Shown one piece after another: positions 51,866 to 64,000 of a stretch of 64,000 nt of DNA. This DNA is from Enoplolaimus lenunculus. Its lineage: Eukaryota. The stretch covers positions 1 to 64,000 of the forward strand of contig JASANG010000957.1 of NCBI GenBank assembly GCA_030248215.1, written 5' to 3'. Numbering within the stretch: the stretch's first letter is position 1; each line of letters opens with the position of its first letter. The notes beneath the pieces were generated by a model. The model had not been told where the DNA came from and did no database searches. It saw nothing but the letters and a program-made list of their open reading frames with translations. A program made the translations under genes and the position numbers.

Positions 51866-54800
51866 AGCTAGTAAATGTTTATTTTTACAAATGAATAAAT
51901 CGGTTTTTTAAGCTTAAATACACTGTTATATTCATTATAATTAAAGCATGAATACACGTTATAATAGAGTTAATATTTTTTTAAATTATACTTAAAATAC
52001 GAAAATAATTTATTGGAATATTCTGAAAATATTAACGCTGATAAATAGAAAATCTGATTTTTCAAAAAATTTTCAGGGTCCCTATTGTCAACAGTAGATC
52101 AGCGCTATTTAACAAGAGTGTGCAACTGGACACATCCTGTGTAGAAAAGAATGTACCTGGCACGCGTTGCATTATTTTCTCATTCCCCCCATTTATTTAG
52201 GGGGGTTGAAACCTTGAACGCAGGTAAATACTGTTGCGATATACAGTGCAAACATTGTCGGATTATATTTTTGATTCAAGTTTAGCTGAGTTCTGTGTGC
52301 AGTTGACCCCCCCTAAATAAGGGGGGTATGGGCAAAACGCAACACGCAGTGGTACTTTTTAGCTACGCGTATTTTGGAAAAATGCACACTCTTATCATCG
52401 ACTCTTGTTATTATCAAGAGTAGATCATGGCAAGAGTGTGCAACTCTTGGGGTCCCGCATGGTACAAAATATACCAGCGCGTGTTGTATTTTTACCCGAC
52501 CCCCCTGATTTAGGGAGTTAGTCGCCACTTCTATCACACGGTAAATAAAGGCTTGAAGAATTCAATTGGAGCAACTTGAGATTAAATTGAAAATATTACT
52601 ACAACGTACCCCCCCAAACTGAAGGAATTGGCCAAAAATACAACGTGCGCTGGGTACATCCTATTGTATACAGAATGTATCCAGTAGTACACTCTTGTCA
52701 TTATCCACTAAAGTTCACTTTACACACAGTAGCAAAGCTATCGTGTACAGTTCGGCAGATACAGCCAGGACTGAACCATTTTTTAGGTAGCGGACCGAGG
52801 CCTATTTTATTTTTAGGGGCGTCCAGGTTTCTGGTGAGTCTATAAAAGAGTAGGTTTAGATTCTAGATTACAATTTTTTTGCTTAGGCTTAGGCTTAGGA
52901 ACACATTTTTACAACGCTTAGGTTTAGGCTTAGGCTTAGGAATACGCTTAATCTACTGTTTCGCCCCTTAAACTAACATTGGCCGGACAAAAGGCCATTT
53001 TTGCGTAGGATCGTATCAGTTTCCAAAAGACGACGATGGTCTTGAATGTAAGTCGCAGGCCCGTAGCCAGCGCAACGTTCCCATCCTTGAACTTGAAGCC
53101 ACATCCTACAGTGTATATTTTTGAAATCCTACTCACTCTGATTTAATTATTCAACTTCCCCGGAATAAACTGAACTCAGACTGATACTCTACTCAGCTCA
53201 CAATGAGTTAATGTTAACTGTTTATGTCCCATGTATAGAACATGGTCGGAACAGTAGTATAAGCCTATTCCTAAGAAACCCGCGGCGCCGACCGCCGCCG
53301 CAAATTGGTACTAAGTCTTTAAACGAAAATTAGAATAAATACACGGCGCCAGAGCGTAACCAGGATTTCATACCATTGAAGATACTCTTGCCTAAATGGT
53401 TACTTTAATGAACAAGCGTAGCGAGCGAGAAACTTCATTGGACCTCGGCAGGTATACCCTGTAAAAATGAGGTTTGTGAGTCCTGAAAAATTCAAGGGGG
53501 GGTTGAAGCAATATATACTCCAGCCCATGTATAGAACAGGGCCGGATCGTTTCCCGGGGCTATAATAGTGTCAGTTTAAGCTTTATACTAATTCGTTTGC
53601 TTAGACTTAGGTTTAGGCTTAGAAATAGGCTCATCCATACGCTTTTAGGCTTAGACTTAGGCTTAGGCTTAGGCTTAGGCGTAGGCTTAGGTTTAGGAAT
53701 ATGCTTTACTACTGTTCCGGCCCTGTTCTATACATGGGTCTATACTTTTATCGGCCTTATAACGTCCTTGTACGGCGCTGTTTTAACAAATCATGGACGT
53801 TAAGTGTTGATGCAAACGCAGACAGATATATATAAAAATATATTCATGTAATAAATATATGTAATATAAATGCAGGTTATAGGTTTTCAAAAACAACCAT
53901 CTGGGTTCGTCAAAATAGTTGAAACTATGGCATGGGCTCAAGAGATAACGCATTGAAAATATACAATCCAGGCTAGGAACATGCCCGTAGCTAAAAACAG
54001 GGAACAAGATTGCTCAGCTCCCCCTGAAAATTCTTTGGCCATCCGTTGGAAATTTTCAACTTTGCTTGTAAGTCAACTAAAGCCGTTTATATGCGTCTCA
54101 GGAAAAAAAACTTTTTAGCCAAACCCTAGCAAGGTGAGCTAGCTACAGGCTGGGCTACACTGCAAAAAATAGTGAGTCAAATTGACTGTCCCCGAAACAC
54201 GCTTTTCGGGACAACACAAACTGAGTGAAATTCGACTTCATCAAACTCTAATTCGACTCACTGAGCGACTCGGGTGAGTCAATTGTAACTCTGGCGGAGT
54301 CGAATCTGACTCAGTTTGTGTAGTCATGAAAAGCCTGTTTCGCAGACAGTCAATTTGACTCGCCATTTTTTTGCAGTTTGAAATTTGCAATGAATCAAAT
54401 CCTGAAATATTTCATTGTGAAAATTCTGTTCTATTAAGGTTTGCGCCTTTCCTCAACATTTACAAGATTAATATTAAGGCTTTGGTTTTTCTGAGGTAAA
54501 AACGTTGGAATAAAGTTTAGGTTTAGGCTTTTAGATACACCTCTTCCGCGACTAACGCGCCCCCTAAGCTCCCTACGGGTGAGGGGGGGGGTGCCCGGCA
54601 CCTAAGAAGCCCTGAGTAAAACCGATCCACAATGCGATTTCAAAAAATTGAGCACCTCAGACGCGATTAACGTAAATCAGGTGAAACATTGTGTGATATT
54701 CACACATACTTGGTTTCTCATCCGCTTCGCTCGCGAGTTTTAAGTCGTCCGCTGTGTCGTGAAGCATCGACCGGCAGTAAACGACGTCGTCCGGTGGCAA

Positions 54801-56012
54801 ACGGCGGTGTGAATCACAAAAGTACACTGCAATAAATGGTAAGTCAAATTGACTCTCTCCGAAATAGGCTTTTCCGGACTACGCAAACTGAGTCAAATTC
54901 GACTCCGCCAGAGTCACATTCGGCTCACCGAGCGACCCAGTTAGTCGAATTTGACTCTGGCCGAGTCGAATTTTGACACGGTTTGTGTAGTCCCGAAAAG
55001 ACACATTTCGGAGAGAGTCTATTTGACTCACTATTTTTGGCAGTGTATAGCGAACCGCTAACATTTCTAAAAGACACGGCTGCGCTAAAGTCAAACCAAA
55101 AAAAAACGCTATTCTCGTTTGAAGTAAATATACTTGCATTTATTGTCTTCTGTCTATGCTGTCTTCACAATGCGTAGTACTGTTTCAAAATTAAAAAAAT
55201 GACAATATATACAAACAGTACACGTATATATATACATACATTCATATATATATATATATATATATATTGCAAAATGCAGTAGAAGATAAATAAGAAGGTG
55301 CAACTTGTTAAATGCGAAATTTCAATTATTGATGCAAACTTTGAATATTTTTACAGTTTTTTTTGTTGTTTTTACACCATCCAAACAGACGCTCATCGTT
55401 TTCAAAGCGACAGCAGGCGCGGCGCCAGGATGGCTTTGAGACGGGTCTATAAACCCCGCAAAAATTCACAACCCAAGATATGCTTTGCGACTGTCGCGCC
55501 CCAGGTCTACAACCTTTTAGCATAACTCGGAGCAAAACGAAAATGAAGATTTATCACTAAAATTGCGTCTGGGTTCTCGTTGGATTTGGTCGTATAAGCT
55601 TTTTTTCACTACAATATACATATACAACAAGTCATTTGCGTGTTGAAAATTTCTCGACTCTGCAACAGTTTTGATTGGATATTTTTCACAATTTCCACCG
55701 GTTGAGGCTTTAGTCCGTAATCCGGATAGAACATAATCCCAATTTAATTAAGTCTTAAGCAAGTTCCTTAGTAGAGTGCTTGCAATCATAAAATTGATGT
55801 GAAATTTTCGCTTATTCTGGCTGATTTGTTCCATTTTGGGTTTGGAATGGTCGATTGTATCTGTGGTATGTCCAGTTAATAAACTGGCGTTTAGTAGTTT
55901 CTCCCAGCCACTACACAAATGAGGGGGGAGGGTAACATTGAAATGTTTTGTTTTCCTGTTTTAAAAACTACTCGCAATATAAACTGTCTTGAAATTTCAA
56001 GAACAGGCTTAA

Positions 56013-56274
56013 CCCCTTCTCACATTTAGTTGGCTATAGGCAACTTAGCGCAGCGTACATACGTTAAATAATATATATCGCGCCGTGTTTAACAATTGCA
56101 ACACGTATACATCGTACTAAATCATCACAAGACGTGAGAGCCCCCTCGGGCTCGAGCGTCAAGCTCCTATAGCTGAGTGGTGATGGTATACGCCTCCCAC
56201 TCCAGTCACGGAGTTCGAATCCTAGCATAAAAGTAGGTCTCCGGGGAAGCAGAAAATATTCATGTGAGAAAGGG
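56013..56274 (+). mobile_element. piggyBac-type MITE (TTAA TSD, CCC/GGG ends) containing a tRNA-like A/B box cassette
   Basis: ttaa|ccccttctcacat...atgtgagaaaggg|ttaa with internal TAGCTGAGTGG (56170-56180) and GTTCGAATCC (56213-56222). Copies at 47226-47488 (-), 49977-50242 (+), 60810-~60965 (-, partial), ~43320-43545 (-, decayed). Confidence 0.85.
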
Positions 56275-57489
56275 TTAAATTTTTAAGACATAAATGTCTG
56301 GTATTTCAGACATTAATACCATTAAACAGCTCAGAAAATCATCTCTGAAGTGATTAAAACATAAAATGTCTTTTAAAAATATTACTGTTACCATGTTCCA
56401 TACATTTATGTCATGATTCCGAATTAAGGCATAAAAGTAAAGGATTTGTTTGTTTTTATTCGACAAATCAAAATAGTTCACGCGCGGAACGTTTTTCTAT
56501 GGCACTGCAATAGAGTAAGGTTAAGCTTTAGACTAATTCTGTATTAATGGAACATCCACGTTATACTGCACGCGCTACTGCAAAAATGTCTGGGTCTTAG
56601 TAAAGACCCGACGTCGTTTTAACACTCTATTGCGAGACCACTATAATGTCCGGTAGTCCCTAACGAGGACGTAAAGACATAATGCACTGTGTTCATATAG
56701 CATCGAAAACATACATAACAACAACACAAACACACATATACACTTATTTATTATGCTTCATTTTTTACCTTTTGTTCCAACTCCCTTCGGACAGTGTCGG
56801 GACAATTAATAGTGTCTACGTACCGCATAAAATGGTACCTACACTCTAGTTGCAGTTTCAATTTGTACACAGATCCCTACCGGGTGGTTGGACAAATTTT
56901 TAACTTAGCGAGCGCATTATAACGTGGATGATCCATAAATTTCGGCGTATGTATAACCTCATTCACACGCTTATGCTTAAGCTTACGAATAAGCTGGCCC
57001 ATGTTACTCTTAGGGCTGCCCCGGTTTCTGGTGGGTCTGTAAAAAAGTAGGCTTACATTCTAGACTACATTTTTTGCTTAGGCTTAGACTTAGGCTTAGG
57101 CTTAGCAATACGCTTTTGCAACGCTTAGGTTAGGCTTAGGCTTAAGAATACGCTTAAACAACGGCAGTAAAAGTAATATTAACCAATAAGCTTATAACAC
57201 TGTTACGGCTCTGTTCTATACATTGTCTCAAATATTTTAACCAATCATATTAAGGCATTGCCCTACGTATAAACGTAATTTCGTTACGTTGGCACATAAA
57301 GTGCTTAAAAATCGAAATTGAACCCAGAACTCGGACGAAAATCGTCAAAACTAAAAACAAACCACAAGAAACGAACGAATCTGACTCAATTTTAGCAAAA
57401 ACAGCAAAATTTTTGTCATCCAAACGTTTTACTCAACAAATATTACACCAAAAGTGACGTCAAAATACACTTAAAAAAGTATTCTACGA

Positions 57490-58270
57490 TGAAAAAATAA
57501 ATACAAACAAAATATACTTACAGTATCATCAAAATAAGTGAAATTGGACTCAATATTATTTTTTGTCATCTATGCATATGAGTATATATATAAATATATA
57601 TATATTTATATATAAATATGTATAAATATATATATTTTTATATAATATATATTTATATATATTTTGGCTAATGTTACTTTGAGGGGCGTAACAGTAGAAA
57701 AAGCGTATACTTTAGCCTAAGCCTAAGCCTACGCCTAGGCAAAAAAGTAATCTAGCATCAAAACCCACTCTTTTATAGACCCACCAGAAATCTGAACGCC
57801 CCTTAAAGTAACATGGGCCTATATTTTTATAATTTACACATATTTATATATTTCTATACAATGTATTTATGAAAAAATAAATACAAACAAAATATACTTA
57901 CAGTATAATCAAAATGAGTGAAATTGGACTCAAAATTATTTTTTGTCATCTATGCATATGAGTATATATATAAATATATATACATATATATAGATAGATA
58001 TAGATATATATTTATATATAAATATGTATATATATTTTTATATAATATATATTTATATATATTTTGGCTAATGTTACTTTGAGGGGCGTAACAGTAGAAA
58101 AAGCGTATACTTTAGCCTAAGCCTAAGCCTACGCCTAGGCAAAAAAGTAATCTAGCATCAAAACCCACTCTTTTATAGACCCACCAGAAATCTGAACGCC
58201 CCTTAAAGTAACATGGGCCTATATTTTTATAATTTACACATATTTATATATTTCTATACAATGTATTTAT
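57490..58270. repeat. Recent ~390-bp tandem duplication including a family C MITE and TA microsatellite
   Basis: Sequence from atgaaaaaataaatacaaacaaaatatacttacag through tttctatacaatgtatttat occurs twice. The MITE copies at 57666-57819 and 58066-58219 are identical by eye. Confidence 0.9.
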
Positions 58271-61200
58271 ATATACATATATATAAATATATATACGTGT
58301 TTAATTTAAAAAAACCACCAGAGTTCCATGCAGTATTCAAGAGGATTTTAAGTTATTAACAGTGATAAACTAAAATGTTATTGGCCGATCGGAAACTATT
58401 TTTTTGCGTTGGCGTATTTTTTGTTGGAATATCCAAAGTGAATAGAAACAGAATTGAGAAGCTTTAATCCGGCCTTAAACGATAACAATTTCACCGAATT
58501 AGCGTAATCGCTTTGGCTCTAGTACACTTCCCCTCTACAAGTTTAAGGCTTAGCTTGAACCCATCTGCATGAACCTAAGTTGCAACCTAAGCCTAATGAC
58601 CTAATCTAAAGCCTATGCCATAAATATGAACATTCCGAAAGATGACGGGAAAGTGTACAAAGGTCTATGCTTGTTACTGCACTGAAAAACACTCCAATTA
58701 AAATACTTTAGTTTTATTATACTGACTATTTTAAAAATGGGTATAGCAAATATTGAGTATATTTTTGTTTAAATAATGTAAACAAGTAAAACTACTGCTG
58801 TCATTTGCTGATTAATTAAGCAAATGTGAAGCTAAAAATTTTGTGTTTGCTAAAAGTTAAGTAAAACTTTGCCAAGCACCATAGTAAAGTAAAACCGACA
58901 CTTAATTCGGCAACAGTTTTGCTTAATTTTAAGTATATTTTTAGTGAGTGGAATCAGATTGTTTTACAGAGAGTAATTGGAAATTTTCCATCAACCATTT
59001 TTCGTAAAAAAATGTTTCTTTTATTCGATAGAAAATTCAAACTCTTATGTGTTTACGATCACCGCTTGGCTGTATATGCTAAAACACGGTACCACGACAA
59101 TTTGTCACCTAACAAGTTGAAATTCGAAACTTTAATGACTCAGCAATTCGTTGCTCATCATTATGGTTAGGCTTCGAATTGGGATTAATACGTTTAGGAT
59201 TATGCTTAGATATATTTATCGACTAAAGGACACTGTAGAGCGAGAAGTTGTTGCGCAACAAATTGTGGTAAATAAACACAACGCATTGTGTACTGTTTTG
59301 TCAAATGCAGCTTGCGTTATTCCCTCATAGCATCCTTTGGCCCATGTAAAGATCAAGGGCGGAACGTTTTTGTGTCGGACTTGAATAGAATAAGTTTAAG
59401 CTTTAGACCAATTTTTTTGCTTGGCTTAGGCTTAGGCTTAGGCTAAGGTTGAGAAATAAACTCATTCTTACGCTTAGACTTAGGCTTAGGAATAAACTCA
59501 TTCTTACGCTTAGACTTAGGCTTAGGCTTAGGAATAAACTCATTCTTACGCTTAGGCTTAGGCTTAGGCTTAAGATTAGGAATATACTCATTCTTACGCT
59601 TAGACTTAGGCTTAGGCTTAGGCTTAGGCCTAGGAGTAAGCTTATAATACTGTTCCGCCCCTGTTCTTTACATTGGCCCACCCTATAAACGCTTAATTTT
59701 ATCAAAATCTTTTAATTAGTTTGCAGGGAGGGCATGCGGTAAAAATCGACAATCGAGATAAATCGAAATGGTTCAACGTATGTTGATCCAATCCAAGAAG
59801 GGCTACTATATTAAATAAAACAGCTTTTCTGCAACTCATGCGTCTTAAAGTCTGATTGGCCAGTTAAAATTGCGTATAAAAATTAATGATGGATTATTGC
59901 AATTTGCAACTGCATTACAGTTCTCTTAGAAGCATTACAGGTATATCGATGAACAGTGCCGGAGCAGGCTGGGATTGGTCCCAAAATATTCCAGGGTGGG
60001 GCCCACTTGCAATGATAAAATCCATTTGAAATATTAACGGCTATTTTTTGTTCGAAATCTTATAATCTATGACCGTATTCTCAAATGTGTGCAGCACCTA
60101 TAGCCAGTTGGTGACAAGTTTTGAAACTTTCGAATCTCTGAACGGAGAGCTTAGAAATTCCAATTGCTGTGCAAACATTTGACATTTGTGAGTTTCAAAA
60201 CCTATTACCAACTGGTGATTGATGCTGTACTCAATTGAGAATACAGGCCCCCCTTGTTACTAGGGTGGCGCCCCTTGTTGGGTCCTACGAAATACGGGGT
60301 AGGGGTGGGTTGCTGCTGCGACCCTTTCGGTGAGTATATGTGGTTACTGAGCAAAACAACGGGCGCATTTCAAACTTGAATTTCATGAATCACTACATTT
60401 CGAGTAGAAATCGAGTAAACATTGCACAAACATGTGCATAAACGCGTTGCATTTGTAAGCCTTCAGTATGTCACAAAAAAATTGCGTTGAAATAATAAAA
60501 TTTGCACGAAAACATTGGAGAGTTTCGTTATGTGGACCATGTACAGAACAGGGCCGGAACAATAGTATAAGCATATTCCTAAGCCTAAGCCTAAGCGTAT
60601 GGATGAGCCTATTCTTAAGCCTAAGCCTAACCCTAAGCCTAAAGCAAAAAAAAGTTAGTCTAAAGCTTCAACTGACTCTATTTCAGCCCCGACAAAAAAC
60701 GATCCGGCCTTGTTCCATACATGGACCCATTATGTGTGAGAGGTATTCGACGGTGAAAGATTTTCCAGAGACGCAGACCCCAATTTTATGTAACAAAGGT
60801 GTTCATTAACCCTTTCTCACATGAATATTTTCTATTCCCTCTGAGACCCACTTTTATGCTAGGATTCGAACTCCAGTGACTGGAGTGGAAGGCGTATACC
60901 ATCACCACTCAGCTATAGGAGTTTGACGCTCGAGCCCGAGGAGGCTCTCACGTCTTGTAATGCTTTATAGTATCCGTCCATAAAATCGTCTTGATAAATT
61001 GTCATTTTTTGGTTCTTGAATTTGGTATAAAACCCTCTGGTACGTTCTGAGAACGTCGATGGTGAAGTACGGTCGTCTGTATAGAGGCTATCCTTATTTT
61101 CTCACATAACCGGGAAAAATACCGGAGTCGGAGCCGGAGGTCAACAAAACTCTCCAGAGCCCGAGCCGGAGGTGAAACCGAAGATGAGGTGAAATTATAC

Positions 61201-64000
61201 AGTTAAATTGATATTTAATTTGTTAATTTTAGCTAATATCTGCAATGTGTTGTTAAATCGCCTGACTTTACGCTTATTTTTTACGAAATCTCGCCGATTT
61301 TTTTCCTCAAAATAGTGCCAAATGATAAAACTAAACGCACCAAATAGATAAACTTTGTAAAACTTTGCAAAATTTCACTACCGAAATTGTCGTAACTTCT
61401 GGCAAAAAATTCTACCGGAGCCGGAGCCGGAGGTTGACTTTCTGCCGCAGCATGGAGCCAGAGGCAGACCTCCGGTTGTAGTCTGCTTAACGGCGCTTTC
61501 TTTGTGTAATTATAAGTCGAATAGAGAAAGACGCGGTCAAACTTATTTGATGTATTCTACAGTTACGCCTGCAGAATGAAACAATTTTAATCTGTTAGCG
61601 CTGACATGCCTACTCTGGACAGCCAAATTGATGGTTTGCACTTTAGCTAACGCAATAGTGTTTGGCTTCTGGTTCGCTTCGCTCGTGACAATCGTTTCAA
61701 CTGGTACCAAACTTACGGTTCGATCCGGACCACATCTTCAGTCCGCAAATATGTAGCCGTCCCTGACGGCAATTCGCGAGGATACCCACAGCACTAATTC
61801 GGGTAAGCTTAGTTTGTTCGATTCTAAAGTTTGCCGAGAAATAAACCCGGATACGCCACTTGGTGAAACTAATATTACACTGCAAATTCGGGTAAGTTAA
61901 TAAATCTACTCAGAGAGAATTAATATTTATTTCTGGTTATTTCGTAGCTAATAACAGGAAACATTAACTCGCTCTGAGCCTATTTAGTTCTGGATGAGTT
62001 GATTAATTAAATCAGGATGAGTTCAATCAATTCAGAATTCTGAGTTCTGACAGACCTATCTCAGTGCTCAAACTTTTGAGTGCATTCAACTCATTCCGAG
62101 TTAAAATCAACTCATTGAAATTTACAGTGTAGTATAAAAGTATTTCTCAATGAATGGATACCAAATAGTTCGGCCAATGTTAGGTACTTTAAGGGGCGGC
62201 GAACAGTAGATTAAGCGTATTCATAAAGCCTAAGCCTAAGCCTAAGCCTAAGCAAAAAAGTAATCTAGAATCTAAACCTACCGTTTTATGGACCCATCGG
62301 AAACCTGGGCGCCCCTTAAAGCCCCATGGTCCTCTTGCGATTGTACCTCGAGGCGGACGCAAGTTTAGTGAAATGAGTTTTAAAAATTTAAAAAAACTTA
62401 GTCTATTGAGTGATGTGGGGGGGGCAAAAACTGAAACGATTCAACTGAAACTATACACAGAATACACGTTTAAAACACACAAACGTCGACTCAAAGCTTT
62501 ATATTTTGAATTTCAACGTGGAAAATACTATTTTTATTTTTCAAACCTGCTTTGAATGTATAAATTCAACTGAAATGACGTAAATGTTGACGGTTAAATT
62601 TTTATAATTCACAAGGATCACGATTTTGCGGCTGGTACACTGTAAATTCCAATGAGCTGATTAATTAACTCAAAGAGAGAATTTGTTATTTCTGCACAAC
62701 AGTAAATATTAACTGACTCTGAGCTAATTTATATTCCAGGTGAGTTGATTAATTAACTCTGAGCTAATTATATTGTAGGTGAATTGATTAATTAACTCAT
62801 AATGTATTCAAACCGTTCAGAATTCTCAGTTCTAAAAATCTAATGCAGTGCTGAGACTTTTGAGTGGATTCAATTCATTCTGAGTTAAAATCAACGCACA
62901 GGAATTTACAGTCTAACGGGTTTCGTACATTTCTTCGCCACATTTATTTAATAGCTTAATGCTTATAAGCTTAAACTCAAGCGTAGCTTATTTAAACGTT
63001 TTTTGTAAACATTTACTGCTGAGGCTTAGTCATAAATAAGACTTTTCCGAAACCTAAGCCTAAGCTTATAAAACCTGGAATTCAAAGTATAAGCCTACGG
63101 ATGGCGCTATACTTGTCGTACGGCCCCGCCCGTCGTCGTCTGTCACCGGCCGGCGTCGCTCGTCGCCGTTCGTTATCAGACGATATCGTACGAGAGTAAT
63201 TCACGTACGATACCGCACGGTTTCGGACGGTGCCGGGTGTCATCAAAAGTATAGCGCCACCCTAATCCTGTTGGGTAAAAGTGTACAATCACCCTGGTAA
63301 ATCTAAAAATACTTTGTATACTTGAGATAAAAATATAATATCAAAGCATAGGCAGCATCTTCTTCAACCCAGGCTAAGCCTAAAACAGTTTCAGCGGTTT
63401 CTTTGAAAAGTCGGCTTAAATTTCTGGTTTCAATTTTACTGTGCAAAAAATTATAAGTAATCACATTTGGGTTAAGAAACATTTACCTTTTCGGTGCAAC
63501 TATGAATTTGTATTCAGTTCCGGCTAAAAAATTATTTTCGCTTTCGAGCGAAGCGATCGCATCGCGAGGGGGTCTGCGACAATTTTGGGATGTGAATATT
63601 TTTTATGTTTTTAGAAAATCGGTCCCGGCTTCGGTAGAATTTTTGCCGGAGGTTCTGGCAATTTCAGTAGTAAAATTTTGTATAATTTTGCAAAATGTTA
63701 GCAATTCAGCGCGTTTCGTTTTACTTTTGTTACAATTTTCAGGAAAGAATTTCGGCAATTTCTCAGAAAATTAGCGCAAAAACAAACAACTTTTAACAAC
63801 ATATTGCAGATATTGGCTAAAATTAACTAATTAACCATCATTTTTACTACATAATGTCGCCTTACATTCCTCTCAATCTCAACAGGATGCAACCGGAGGT
63901 GAAAAATACCGGAGCCGGAGCCAAGAGGTCAACGAAACGTGCCAGAGCAGGAGTTGGAGGTGAGGCGAAATTAAGTAGTAAAAATGATGGTTAATTAGTT

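Noticed and set aside
52000..64000. Protein-coding genes or a transposase in the right-hand 12 kb
   Set aside because: Only short ORFs, mostly within MITEs or TTAGGC tracts; no recognisable domain or consistent exon chain.

Overview
AT-rich, intron-rich eukaryotic (invertebrate animal) genomic DNA; the taxon cannot be fixed from sequence alone. Four spliced genes were reconstructed by hand with GT-AG junctions and consistent phases. (1) The 5' part of an ionotropic glutamate receptor-like gene on the minus strand, running off the left edge. (2) ABITRAM/FAM206A (+), head-to-head with it. (3) NHEJ1/XLF (+), ending in a Ku-binding-type motif. (4) A 21-exon, ~1287-aa receptor tyrosine kinase (-) with a Cys-rich N-terminus, FN3-like ectodomain, TM segment, split kinase and long low-complexity tail. 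Introns and intergenic DNA are packed with non-autonomous DNA transposons: two CACTG-ended families, a GGCC-ended family carrying TTAGGC arrays, a TTAA/piggyBac-type MITE with an internal tRNA-like Pol III promoter, Harbinger-like and Tc1/pogo-like MITEs. There are also tRNA-like SINE heads and several minisatellites. The most notable observations are a near-perfect 178-bp inverted repeat starting at the RTK stop codon, the tRNA-promoter-carrying piggyBac MITE, telomere-like repeat MITEs, inverted MITE pairs around symmetric exons, and a 1.1-kb G-depleted tract that may be an assembly artifact. No CRISPR, rRNA, intact tRNA or transposase ORF was found. All family assignments come from recalled motifs, not database searches.
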